Source of the DNA: Mobula hypostoma | Lineage: Eukaryota | Assembly: GCF_963921235.1 (NCBI RefSeq) | Contig: NC_086097.1 | Coordinates: 133,550,001-133,614,000 of the forward strand | Reading direction: 5' to 3' | DNA: 64,000 nt | In this document: positions 11,608 to 24,057 of the stretch, piece after piece | Numbering within the stretch: position 1 is the stretch's first letter | Layout: each line of letters begins with the position of its first letter | The notes under the pieces: generated by a model | Seen by the model: the letters and a program-made list of their open reading frames with translations, nothing else | Told to the model about the DNA's origin: nothing | Database searches by the model: none | Position numbers and translations under genes: made by a program

Positions 11608-12260
11608 CTCAGTTACATTGATGACTACCTTTGTGCTTCTTCCTGCACCTGTACAGAAATCATCAATTTTTTCATGTTTGCCACAAACTTGCACCCTGCT
11701 CTCTAATTCACACGAACCATTTATGACATTCTCCCGTTTCTTGATTTCTCTGTCTCCGTGAAACAGTTATGATATTTACTATAAACTTAAAACCTGACAC
11801 AGCTAATAAGACTACACTTCTTCCCACGCTGTCTCTTGTAAGGAAGCCATTCTTTTCTCCCAATCTCTCTGTCTCTGCTATATCTGCTCAGAAGATGAGG
11901 CTTTTTCTTCCACGATAGCTGAAATATCCTCCTTTTTCAGGAACCGTGGCTTGCCATTTGCTGTGGTTGATGAAGCGTGTTTTTATATGTCCTCTCTTTC
12001 TCAACCTACCTTCCTCCAGGCAGACAGAGATAGAGTTCTCCTCGTTTTCACCTTTCATATTATGAACCTTTGCAACCAATATATATCGTCCTTCATCATT
12101 TCCTCCAGCTACAAGAAGACCCCACCACCAGTCGCATATTCTCCTTCCCACCCCTTTCTGCCTTCCGCGGCAACTTGGTCCCATGACTCGCTGGTCCCAC
12201 TCATCCCTCTCCACCTGACCCTTCCTGATGACTAGCACTTTCCCCTGTCCTCACAGAGTC
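11608..12260 (+). mobile_element. Penelope-like element RT remnant, part 2
   Basis: YIDD catalytic motif (TACATTGATGAC), then HPAL.FT, LPFLD, DYTSSH, DRDRVLLVFTFH, typical of Penelope RT/thumb. Confidence 0.85.
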
Positions 12261-12844
12261 CTGCCAGTATTCCAAAGTACTTTTTAAGCATCCTCAGTGG
12301 TTTACTCTGACCAGTAATAGTATTGCTCTATTCAACAAAAGAAATGTTGAATCTGCAGCAAATACAAAACATGCCACTATCATTGTTTGCTAAACAGATT
12401 CCACATGCTGATGAAGTGTCAATCTTCAAAATTAAAAATTATTTACCATAAGACCAGCATTAAGGAGTTTGCAAGGATGTTATGGTAGCTAAATTCCTCC
12501 AATGTTAACACTTTTAAGTTGATGCCAGATTTTGTACTTGACAGATTTTCAATTCTTCAGGAAGTTAATAAAACACCTTGCCAGCACAAAAGAATCACAA
12601 GAAGTTTAATCTGCACACTGTGGTACTCGGCTGCCAATGCGAGTGCTGATGTTAATCTTCTGGGGTGATGCCAAAGTGGTCAATAGAGACTAGGAAATTA
12701 GCAATTCTTGTCAAGTGTGATGGGAACAATTCAAACTCCATTCTTAAGTTACAAGCAACCTACTAGTGGAACTCCGAAGCCAGGACTAGAGTTTGAGGTG
12801 ACTGGCATTGCAGTGACAGAGCAAGATGTGAGGCCTCTGGTCTC

Positions 12845-13010
12845 GCCATTCTCCTTCTGCTCTTTATACTGGCCATTTGTCCCTCTCTACCCTTAGTCCT
12901 GATGCACGGTTCTCACCTTTTCCTTCCGCAGATACTGCCTGATGTGCTGAGTTCCTTCAGAAGATTGTTTGTCTCTCCAGATTCCAGCATCTGCAGTCTC
13001 TTGTGTTCCC
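12845..13010 (+). mobile_element. Penelope pLTR/3'UTR fragment
   Basis: AGTCCTGATGCA...CAGATACTGCCTGATGTGCTGAGTTCC...CCAGATTCCAGCATCTGCAGTC. Confidence 0.65.
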
Positions 13011-13067
13011 ATTCTTAAGTTGACCAGAATCCTATGGCATTCAAGGAGACAGTTTAGCCTCTTGTGC

Positions 13068-13360
13068 CTGGCACAGTGACCCAGCTAGTACAGGCAATGA
13101 CACAGAGCTCCAATAACCTGGATCAGTCCAGAATCTGCTAATGTTTGTGTGGAGTTCACAAGTTCTCCCTCTGATTGTGTGAATTTCTTCCCACATTCCA
13201 AAGGTTGTTAGGTTAATTGGTCACTGGGAATTGCTCCTAGTGTGCAGATGAGTGAATAATTGATGGGAATAAACAGAGAAGAAAGTAGGATTAGTGCTTA
13301 TAGTCAGTGTGGACTCAGGCGGGCTGAAGATGCTGTTCCCAAGCCGCATGACCCTATAAT
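13068..13360 (+). mobile_element. V-SINE (HE1-like), decayed
   Basis: tRNA-like head GGCACAGTG, V-domain TGTGTGGAGTT...TTCTCCC...GGTTAATTGGTCA, CR1/L2-like tail. Confidence 0.7.
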
Positions 13361-14089
13361 TCTTAACAAGAATTAAACAATTGCTCTTTGTCCAACATCC
13401 TGTGCAGTATTTTTTCAATTATTTCTTCTAAAGTTCTCTTTAATAATTTTCTGCCATCCTTTCCAGCAATGCAATAAAAATTACTTTGTAAACATGTCAC
13501 ACTGTAATTCTACCTTGCTGCCAGCATTGTAAATGTGGATAAGGATTAATTTTAATCTGAGACCACTTTGGAAACACAGCAGGAAAGAGAAACAGAGTTA
13601 ATGTTTCAGCTCTTTCTATTTCCACAGATGCTTCCTGGCGTGCTGAATGTTTCTTGCATTTTTCTGTTATTTCATTTTTTCCTGCATTTTTCTAATTTTT
13701 TTTAAATTTCAGATTTCCAGCATCTGCAGCTTTTTATATTTTAATTTTAATCATACTTGGAATGTGGGCACAGTGACAATAAATTCCAAAATTTATTGGT
13801 TGGAGTTGCTCTGTAAAATATTCATACTTTGTGAATTGGAAGGGTTATGAAGGCCATTGTATTTCACCTTTGCAACACACTCTAAGGAATGCATTTTATA
13901 ATGTAAGTGAAATATTTTAACGCTTTGCAAAAAATATATTATGATATGCTAGCTACTTAATTTCCAGCAATAATCAAATCAAAAGATTCATATATTCATA
14001 GGGATTAGTGAATTGGCCTGAAGGTTTTGATTATATTGGATTAACTCCAAAAGCCTAGTTTGGAGAAGAATTAATACAGTCTCTTTTAT

Positions 14090-14755
14090 GGCTGTTTCGA
14101 GTTTCTTAAATCGTTAATGGTGATAGCCGGCGATCTTTGCAAGAGAGGGAGGGACTTTACTGGACAAGTTAGGATTGCTTCAAACCCATCACTCCCCACC
14201 CACCCATCTTGTTAGCCCGTTAATCTTTTTTCCATACGATCCAAGAAATTGAAGTATACAAGACGTTATTCGTCTATTCGTGGCGTTTTCCTCCACGGAT
14301 ATTTTACTGGTAGAAACGGACATTATCTGCAAAGTTTATTCAAGTTAACAGAACTCAAGACTTATTTATTTTTCCTACATTAACATAAATGTTTCCAGTG
14401 CAGGATACGTCGGTAAGTTGGAGGTGTGGGGGTTATTTATTTTTGTACGTTAGGTGAAATTATAAATTAAAATGTTATACACACACACACAAAAGCATAG
14501 CTGGAATAATACGCATAAATTGCATTTTTATTACAGTGTTCGGAGCTGGCTGATTGGTTGGCGAGGACTATATGTGTATTTGTCATAAAGAGGTTTCGTT
14601 TCTCTCCAGAGACGGCTGCATATTTAGTGGAGTGGATTATTATTTTAGTTGCAAAGCCCATGATTTGCCGAAAGCGAGAGGAGATTCCTTGAGAGGAAAA
14701 CCCGCAGTGAGTATAGCGAGGTAGATGAAAAGTAAATCAATTGTGAGCGATGTTC

Positions 14756-14846
<91 letters not shown>

Positions 14847-15420
14847 AGGGAGAGGGAGAGGGAGAGGGAGAGGGAGAGGGAGAGGGAGAGGGAGAGGGAG
14901 AGGGAGAGGGAGAGGGAGAGGGAGAGGGAGAAGGGATGATTCTACTGCTAGTATCAGTCTTATCAGTCTTTTACTCTACCCGGGCTGGACATCCGAAGTC
15001 TCCTAATTCGGCTCGGGTTTGCTGCTGTTGCTTTGACAGGTCCGTCATGTGTATGTGTCCTTGGTCACTTGTAATTTACAGAAGGCTGCACATATAGAAT
15101 AGACTGCATGGAGTTGGAGTTGCTGTATCAGTCATAGAAATTAGACCTTGATCACTTGCGCTGAACACGCTTTTATTGAAGAAAGTAGCGTGGTGTTGAT
15201 TTTCCACTCTTCTGTTCCATCGACTTTGATGGTGGAGATGAATTTGGGGAGCGGGCATCGTCTACGCGGGCGAAGCGAGCGTAGGGTGGGACACCTGAGT
15301 TCATCGAACGGTTAGAAAGGGACAATTAATTGACATTAGAATGATTAATAATGATAAATCGTCGGATTTACGCAGACGTTTGGTAAAATCCATCACGCGG
15401 GTCTGCGCATCATGTCGGTA
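14090..15420. promoter_or_regulatory. CpG-enriched transposon-free block; candidate promoter/first exon(s) of an unidentified gene
   Basis: CpGs visibly dense versus depleted flanks; NF-Y-type CTGATTGGTT at 14550-14559; plus-strand donors TCG|GTAAGT (GT at 14413) and GCA|GTGAGT (GT at 14707). Confidence 0.6.
14759..14931. repeat. Compound microsatellite (TG)17(AG)22(GGGAGA)16
   Basis: Read directly; units uninterrupted. Confidence 0.98.
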
Positions 15421-15800
15421 AATTGGGTTATTATTGTCATGTGGAGAGAGACACAGTGTAAAACTGGTGTTCATACGGGTCAATTCATACAATGCATTGA
15501 GGTAGTACAAGGTAAAACAATAACAGAATGCAGAACAAAGTGTTCCAGGAGAGAGAAAGTGTAGTGCAGGTAGACAGGAAAGCACAAGGTCACAACCAGG
15601 TAGATTGTGAGGTCCAGAGTCCATTTTGTGGTCCCAGGAAAACATTTAATAGTCTTATAACAGCAGGATAGTAGCTGTCCATGAGCCTGGTAGTCGGTGC
15701 TTTCGGGCCTTTGTGTCTTCTGCCCCATCTGATGGGCGAGGCTAGGGGTGAATAGATAGTCACCATGGTGGGTGGAACTTTTGATTATGTTGACTGCTCC
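15420..15800 (-). mobile_element. Rex-type LINE 3' end remnant
   Basis: Minus strand ends TGACAATAATAACCCAATTTACC; similar tails at ~26800-27080 (+) and ~40810-41070 (-). Confidence 0.6.
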
Positions 15801-18800
15801 TTTCTCAAAGCCGCAGTCTATGTGTATCAATCATCCCTCCAAGCAGAGACTCTGGGTTACTGTTAGTTCACATCTAAGTGGGCATTCCATCAGGGCAACT
15901 TTTGGTTCTTTCCAAGTCAACCCCATGTCCTCCACCAATAGGAAAATAGCTTTTCTTTATTTGTTCTTGATGGCCTCTTCCTGATCTTGGACACCTATTT
16001 TTCCCCTGCCCCAAGAAGAATATCCACAGCAGATCCAGTAATTCATCATCAGTACCATTCATTGAACCTTCTCGCCCTCACATCCTGCCTTCAGTGTGAA
16101 GTCCAAGGAACTGCAGTCCAACCAACCTTCAACACTGATTCAACATAGCTTCCTTTGTCCAGGCTTCTCCACAGGAACTCTGGGATACAATTGAAAGCAT
16201 CTGGTGGGTGTCTGGCCGGCACAAAAACAAATAGAAGACAACGTTATCTTTTCTAAACTTATGCAGTTTTTTAAGCTTCCATTTCATTTAGTGGTGGTGG
16301 GAGGAGATGGGGGGTTGAAGGGTTTAAGGTGTAAAGTGGTGTTGAGTCCTGTTGGGCTCAGAGAAAAATTGTCTGTAGTTGAGTTGTTAACCAATTTGTA
16401 CTAGCTTGTGTTAAGTTTGGTGACTGATTATTCAGTGAGTTGCAAGTAACAAAACAGAATTCACATATGGAGGTACATTCGATCACAGACACACATGCAG
16501 AATTGCACAAAACTGATACATACACAAACATGTATACAGACACGTATCAAACATGCATATGTAATTACCCACACACCTGAACATACATTGACATGTGTAA
16601 GTCAGCTCTTACACATTCAGCTGCAACACTTGACAACACACATACGCATCTACATGTGCAAACAATTATAGGCAACACACACACACACACACACACACAT
16701 TCACACACTCACACTCACTCACTCACTCCTCAAGACATTGTGGGTCCTGCAAGTTTTAAAGCTTTAACTGATGGAATAATAATAACTAATTCTGATTAGG
16801 AGGCTTCATATACAAACATGGTAAGTTTTGTAAACGGCGTTCTTGTGTCAGAGCTTGGCTGTTCATGCTTGTTTTTGTTGCTAACGGTTACGTTGGGATT
16901 TATACCTGTTTTATTTATGGTATGGGCTGCCAGGATCTACTTTTAGACTGAGGACTTTGTGTTTAGATCAGTTTCTAGGAAAAAGATCTAGATGGTTTAA
17001 ATAAATATATTCATTCATAAATAAATGGATGTATTACAGTGTAGGTTACCAAACGTTTTCATTATTGCAAGGAATATGGAGGGGAAGGAATGTGTCTGAT
17101 TTTCCATGCAGAGGTGAACAGTTTACAGCTGTTTATATTCATCCTTCTTGAGTGGATGATGAGAACTTTAGTAGAAGGCTCTACACATAGATTTGAATTA
17201 TTTCTGAAAGAACTCATGCAAGTAGCAAGTCATTTCTGCTTAGTATTTGGAGCCAAAATGTTTTGCCATCAGTTTTAAGACTGTGTGCTCTGAACATATT
17301 TGTCAATTGAATTTTTAATCCATGTGTTTATAGAAGTGGAAGAGGCACGCTAAGTGTCAGATACTTTTCTGAAGAATAGGGCACTCTGTCAAACTTACAG
17401 AAATCTTGAGAATTAAATAGAAGTCAACAGGTTGACTTTGTGTCATTTTGCCCATTACTGCAAAGCAAATCAAACAAAACATTCAGGAACAAAATTGTGT
17501 TTGTAATCTTGTGGAAATTGTTCCCACTTCCACTGAAGGAGAAAGTTGCTCTTCAACCTCCAGCCATAGCTTCACTCTGTACACTGCCCCTGCTGATGAT
17601 TAACACTGGGACAGGGTTGCCATTAACTTCCCATGTTTGTCACTGAATGATGCAGTTCATAATTAACTGCCTGTTCAGTCATACAGTAAAAACAGAGCAA
17701 CCATTATCTCAGTTTCACAATAACTTAATAAAGAATACTCCTTGCATGAGCATTCTGTATAATGGAGCCATAGAGGAGTATAGCGCAGAAGGAAAAAGCT
17801 GTTTGATCCAGCGAGTCTACATCAGCAATTTAGAAGCACTCTAGATAATTCCACTATCACACACTTTTCCTGTATCTCTCCTTGAAGTAATTTGATGTGT
17901 GATGCTCATAAATTTGCTTTTATCTCTATATTAGTACAGATGAGAAATTCTGTCAGTGAAACAAAACCGGATTAAAAAATGGAAATGTATCTGCTCTGGA
18001 TAACAATCTCTGATGTATCACAACATAGTTCATTAGATAAATTGGGAGGAGTGCAGACCGACTGAGTTTTCTTCAGATAAATTGGGTAGGTGGATCTCTG
18101 TTTTCATCTGGTCAGGTTTAGGGGAAGAATATGATTTCTCAAAGTTCTGTGTGGTGATGATGAGGGTACAGTCAGAGTGCAAAGCTGGATCCTGTATCAG
18201 CAATAAAATAGATTTTATGAGGTTACCTGAGAGATAAATCTTCAATGTGCAGAATTCCCTGGAGAAACACTGTGTGTGCATGAGAGGGAAGGCAAATCCT
18301 GCATTCAACAACTCATCGAAGGACAATGCTGGCGCTTCCTTAATAGTACAGTGATATGGCATCTCAAGTCTCTGTTGTAGGACACAAATTGATAATCTTC
18401 AGCATGAAGGAAAGGTCCAGCTATCCAGGCAGAGGAGGTTGCCTTCATTGACAGTACTATGATTCTCCATCTTCCTATTACCTGAAGCATGTGCTTCTCC
18501 ACTGTTTGGGATTATATAATAACGTGACCATGTGGCTAGGATATCTGAGAGAAGGAACCAGGATGTTATGTTTGGAATGAATATTGCAAATCTGGTTGAC
18601 TGGCCATTGAGGTATTGGATTTCTGTTTTCAAACAGAGGATATTAAATTCTGTTAAATGGCAGCTTCTGAATATTAATATTGCATGTACACACACCATCG
18701 TATACATGCTCACTCTCAGTTATACACACGCACACTCTCATATGCATAACACTCAGTTGTATAGGTGCAATGCACACACACTCGCAAAAATCACAAACAG

Positions 18801-18805
18801 ACAAA

Positions 18806-19371
18806 CACTCAGCGGCCACTTTATTAGGTACCTCCCATACCTAATAAAGTGGCCAGTGAATGTATGTTGATGGTTTCTGCTATTGTAGCCCATCCACTTT
18901 AAGATTTGCTGTATTGTGCTCCCAGACATGCTCTTCTGTACACCACTGTTGTAACGTGTGGTTATTTGAGTTGCTGTCACCTTTCTGTCAGCTTGAACCA
19001 GTCTGGCCATTCTCTTCTGACCTCTCTCAGAACTGACGTTTACGCTCACAGAACTGCAGCGTACTGGATGCTGTTTGTTTTTCACACCAATCTCTGTAAA
19101 CTGTACAGGCGGTTGTGTGTGAAAATCCCAGGTGAAAAACAGTTTCTGAGATACTCAAACCACCCTGTCTGGACCCAACAATCATTCCACGGTTAAAGTC
19201 ACTTGGATCACAGTTCTTACCCATTCTGATGTTTGGTCTGAGCAACAACTGAACCTCTTGACCATGTCTGTATGCTTTTATCCATTGAGTTGCTGCCACA
19301 TGATTGGCTGATTAGGTATTTGTATTAATGAGCAGATGTACAGGTGTACCTAATAAAGTGGCCACTAAGTG
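18806..19371 (-). mobile_element. Internally deleted Tc1/mariner transposon
   Basis: ~26-bp TIRs CACTCAGCGGCCACTTTATTAGGTAC / GTACCTAATAAAGTGGCCACTAAGTG followed by TA; minus strand encodes Tc1 paired-like N-terminus MGKNCDPSDFNRGMIVGSRQGGLSISET...ERGQKRMARLVQADRKVTATQIT...LKWMGYNSR; DDE domain absent. Confidence 0.93.
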
Positions 19372-19572
19372 TACATGCAAACACCCTTACACCAACACAT
19401 TGATCTTCAAATCCACATACACACTGAATATACAAGCACACAAGGCACACACTCAGAATGTTCGGCCCATCAGAGTAAACACACATATTCTCACATGTGA
19501 GCTGACACACATATTCACACAAGCACCCACACAATTAGATTTGCATTAAGGACTATCTTTTTCCACAGGTGT

Positions 19573-22500
19573 CATAGAAACCATAGAAACTACAGCACAG
19601 AAACAGTCCTTTTGGCCCTTCTTGGCTGTGCCGAACCATTTTCTACCTAGTCCCACTGACCTGCACACGGACCATATCCCTCCATACACCTCCCATCCAT
19701 GTATCTGTCCAATTTATTCTTAAATGTTAAAAAAGAACCCGCATTTACCACCTCGTCTGGCAGCTCATTCCATATTCCCACCACTCTCTGTGTGAAGAAG
19801 CCCCCACTAATGTTCCCTTTAAACTTTTCCCCCCTCACCCTTAACCCATGCCCTATGGTTTTATTCTCCCCTTGCCTCAGTGGAAAAAGCCTGCTTGCAT
19901 TCACTCTATCTATACCCATCATAATTTTATATACCTCTATCAAATCTCCCCTCATTCTTCTACGCTCCAGGGAATAAAGTCCTAACCTATTCAACCTTTC
20001 TCTGTAACTGAGTTTCTCAAGTCCCGGCAACATCCTTGTAAACCTTCTCTGCACTCTTTCAACCTTATTTATATCCTTCCTGTAATTTGGTGACCAAAAC
20101 TGAACACAATACTCCAGATTCGGCCTCACCAATGCCCTATACAACCTCATCATAACATTCCAGCTCTTATACTCAATACTTCAATTAATAAAGGCCAATG
20201 TACCAAAAGCTCTCTTTACGACCCTATCTACCTGTGACGACACTTTTAGGGAATTTTGTATCTGTATTCCCAGATCCCTCTGTTCCACTGCACTCCTCAG
20301 TGCCTTACCATTAACCCTGTATGTTCTACGTTGGTTTGTCCTTCCAACGTGCAATACCTCACACTTGTCAGTATTAAACTCCATCTGCCATTTTTCAGCC
20401 CATTTTTCCAGCTGGTCCAAGTCCCTCTGCAGGCTCTGAAAACCTTCCTCACTATCTACTACACCTCCAATCTTTGTATCATCAGCAAACTTGCTGATCC
20501 AATTTACCACATTATCATCCAGATCATTGATATAGATGACAAATAACAATGGACCCAGCACTGATCCCTGTGGCACACCACTAGTCACAGGCCTCCACTC
20601 AGAGAAGCAATTCTCTACCACCACTCTCTGGCTTCTTCCATCGAGCCAATGTCTAATCCAATTTACCACCTCTCCATGTATACCTAGCGACTGAATTTTC
20701 CTAACTAACCTCCCATGCGGGACCTTGTCAAAGGCCTTACTGAAGTCCATGTAGACAATATCCACTGCCTTCCCTTCATCCACTTTCCTGGTAACCTCCT
20801 CGAAAAACTCCAACAGATTGGTCAAACATGACCTACCACGCACAAAGCCATGTTGACTCTCCCTAATAAGCCCCTGTCTATCCAAATGCTTGTAGATTCT
20901 GTCTCTTAGTACTCCCCCCAATAACTTACCTACTACTGACGTTAAACTCAGCGGCCTATAATTTCCCGGATTACTTTTCAATCCTTTTTTAAACAACGGA
21001 ACAACATGAGCCACTCTCCAATCCTCCAGCACTTCACCCGTAGACAGCGACATTTTAAATATTTCTGCCAGGGCCCCCGCAATTTCAACACTAGTCTCCT
21101 TCAAGGTCCGAGGGAACACTCTGTCAGGTCCCGGGGATTTATCCACTTTAAGTTTCCTCAAGACAGCAAGCACCTCCTCCTTTTTAATCTGTACAGTTTC
21201 CATGGTCTCACTACTTGATTCCCTCAATTCCATAGATTTCATGCCAGCTTCCTTAGTAAATACAGACGCAAAAAACCTATTTAAGATCTCCCCCATTTCC
21301 TTTGGTTCCGCACAAAGCCGACCACTCTGATCTTCAAGAGGACCAATTTTATCCCTTACAATCCTTTTTGCTCTTAATATACTTGTAAAAGCTCTTTGGA
21401 TTATCCTTCACTTTGACTGCCAAGGCAACCTCATGTCTTCTTTTAGCCCTCCTGATTTCTTTCTTAAGTATTTTCTTGCACTTCTTATACTCCTCAAGCA
21501 CCTGATATACCCCCTGTTTCCTATACATTTCATACAACTCCCTCTTCTTCTTTATTAGAGTTGAAATATCCCTTGAGAACCAAGGTTCCTTATTCCTATT
21601 CAATTTGCCTTTAATTCTGACAGGAACATATAAACTCTGCACTCTCAAAATTTCCCCTTTGAAGGCTTCCCACCTACTAATCACATCTTTGCCAGAGAAC
21701 AACCTGTCCCAATCCACGCTTTTTAGATCCTTTCTCATTTCTTCAAATTTGGCCTTCTTCCAATTCAGAACCTCAACCCTAGGACCAGATCTATCCTTGT
21801 CCATGATCAAATTGAAACTAATGGCGTTGTGATCACTGGAACCAAAGTGCTCCCCTACACAGACTTCCGTCACTTGCCCTAATTCGTTACCTAACAGGAG
21901 ATCCAATATTGCATCCCCGCTAGTTGGTCCCTCTATATATTGATTTAGAAAACTTTCCTGAACACATTTTACAAACTCTAAACCATCTGGACCCCTAACA
22001 GTATGGGAGTCCCAATCAATGTATGGAAAATTAAATCCCCTACCACCAGAACTTTATGTTTCCTGCAGTTGCCTGCTATCTCTCTGCACATTTGCTCTTC
22101 CAAGTCTCGTTGACTATTGGGTGGTCTGTAATACAATCCCACTAATGTGGCCATACCTTTCCTGTTTCTCAGCTCCACCCATAAGGACTCAGTAGACAAG
22201 CCCTCTAATCTGTCCTGCCTGAGCACTGCTATAATATTTTCCCTAACAAGCAATGCTACTCCCCCACCTTTCATTCCTCTGCCTCGATCACACCTGAAAC
22301 ATCGGAACCCTGGAATATTAAGCTGCCAGTCCTGCCCCTCCTGTAGCCAAGTTTCACTAATTGCTACAACATCATAATTCCACGTGTCAATCCACGCCCT
22401 CAACTCATCCGCCTTCCCCGCAATACTCCTTGCATTGAAATATATACACCTCAGAAGATTTTTACCACCACTCACAATCTTTCTATCAACGGATTTGCTT

Positions 22501-22604
22501 AAACCTTCAACATCATTTATTTTCACCCCAGCCACACTGTCAGCTCTGGCACTCTGGTTGCCATCCCCCTGCAAATCTAGTTTAAAGCCTCCCCAATAGC
22601 ACTA
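19573..22604 (-). mobile_element. Young 5'-truncated CR1 LINE: ORF1 end plus near-complete ORF2 (APE endonuclease + RT) with three lesions
   Basis: YFNARSI...ISETWL...GGGVALLV (endonuclease), [37 protein letters not shown]; tail (TTTCTATGG)n; frameshifts near 22035 and 21367, stop at 20181-20183. Confidence 0.98.
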
Positions 22605-23354
22605 ATATTTTGAAAGTGATAGTAAACTTTGAAATATCAACTTTCTTGTCTATAGCTATGTTATCAGCCAAGCGATTTTTCAGCAAAGTTTAAGATGGTA
22701 TCTGTGGTGTTGCAGATAGCTGGCATAATATATTTTTGATGTTACTGGAACTATGTCACCATGAAGACAAAGGAAATTGAATTATGCACATTGTGTAATG
22801 AATATGGTGATTCTTCATGATTGTGTTGCCACCTGTATTACTGGTATGTTTTCCAATCATTCATTTACCATAATTTTTGAGAGATATATTCATGTACTCT
22901 ACTGCACCCACCTTTAACAAAAAAAGTTAATATTACGTGAGGTAAGGCTCATTTTATCCTGTTAGTTTTAATTTCAGTAAAGTCAAAGCTGAGTTTTATT
23001 GCCACATGCACAGGTATATGAAAGTACAGGAGCTATGAAAAACTTACTTGGAGCAGCAAAGCAGGTGCAGAGCATCAGATAAGCAGCATTCACAAGAAAA
23101 ATATAACTTAAACTTAAGTAATACACAATTGACTCCTCAGCCCAGCACGTCCCCTTTCAGGATACAAAGGCTTCTCCTGTGTTCCCCAATGAGATTTACC
23201 GGGTACTTTCGAGTATTTATTGTGCTTGGTTTGACTTTGCCCCACAAATGGAAGCAGCCCCTCTGTGTCCACCCTTGCACCATGTTAGGAAATCAGTTCA
23301 GCTCACACTCACTCCGGACTGTTCGATCTTCCACTGTCTATATACTGTACGCGA

Positions 23355-23580
23355 GAGAGGTGATTTTCAGGGACTTTGGGGGGCAAGTTTTTTACACAGG
23401 GGTTGGCAGGTATTTGGAATAAGCCACCAGAGGAAGTGATGTAGACAGGCACAATTACAAGATGTAAACTTCCTGTGGGTAAGAAGGATTTAGATGGATA
23501 TGGGACAAACACAGGCAAATTAGAGTAGGTACCTTGGTCAGATTGGATGGGTTGGTCCGAAAGGCTCTATATAATTTCAT
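23355..23580 (+). mobile_element. CR1 3' end remnant
   Basis: GGGCAAGTTTTTTACACAGGGGTTGG...TGGAATAAGCCACCAGAGGAAGTG...GGTCCGAAAGGC. Confidence 0.65.
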
Positions 23581-24057
23581 GTGCTTGATACTCCCACCTT
23601 GCCCACCCCCCGCATCTTTTCCAGTGTCTCCATATCCTTTTAAAACTCTAGATCAAAATAGTGGAGAGTGCTTCTATCCATATTTTTGTAAGTCGTTCAC
23701 CTAAGTTTTGTTTATATTTTAAGTTGCAGAGAGAGAATGAGGTGCAGGGAATGGGGGAGTGGGGTTGGTGGGGTAGGGAAGCATCTCGATGAGGTGCAGA
23801 CTAAGGCTGTCCAAGTGACAAAATAGCTTTGGATCCTGTTCTGATTACCTTTCCTGTATTTTCTGATTTTATTTGATTTTTAACATCTGTGGCTTTTTCG
23901 ATTTTTTGATGTGCAGGAGACACTCCTTTTCCTTCCCAACCGTGCAAAAGATAGTATTTTCGTTTCCTCAGTGAGGCACGGTTGTACATGTTTGTTATGT
24001 GGTACTGTATACAGTATCTGCAACAAAGCCTGTGTGAATGATCTTCAGTTCAGGTGA

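Noticed and set aside
14750..15097. 115-aa ORF with CV/RE/GE repeats
   Set aside because: It is the translation of the compound microsatellite; no evidence of coding
18035..18086. 12-bp direct repeat AGATAAATTGGG spaced by 28 bp
   Set aside because: Only two units and no identifiable insert; a small local duplication, not a CRISPR array
16450..19545. CA-rich stretches (16450-16730, 18680-18805, 19375-19545) giving His/Thr-rich ORFs
   Set aside because: Degenerate (CA)n microsatellite-derived sequence
19699..22599. Plus-strand ORFs opposite the CR1 (also 34387-35502 minus)
   Set aside because: Antisense shadows of CR1 ORF2
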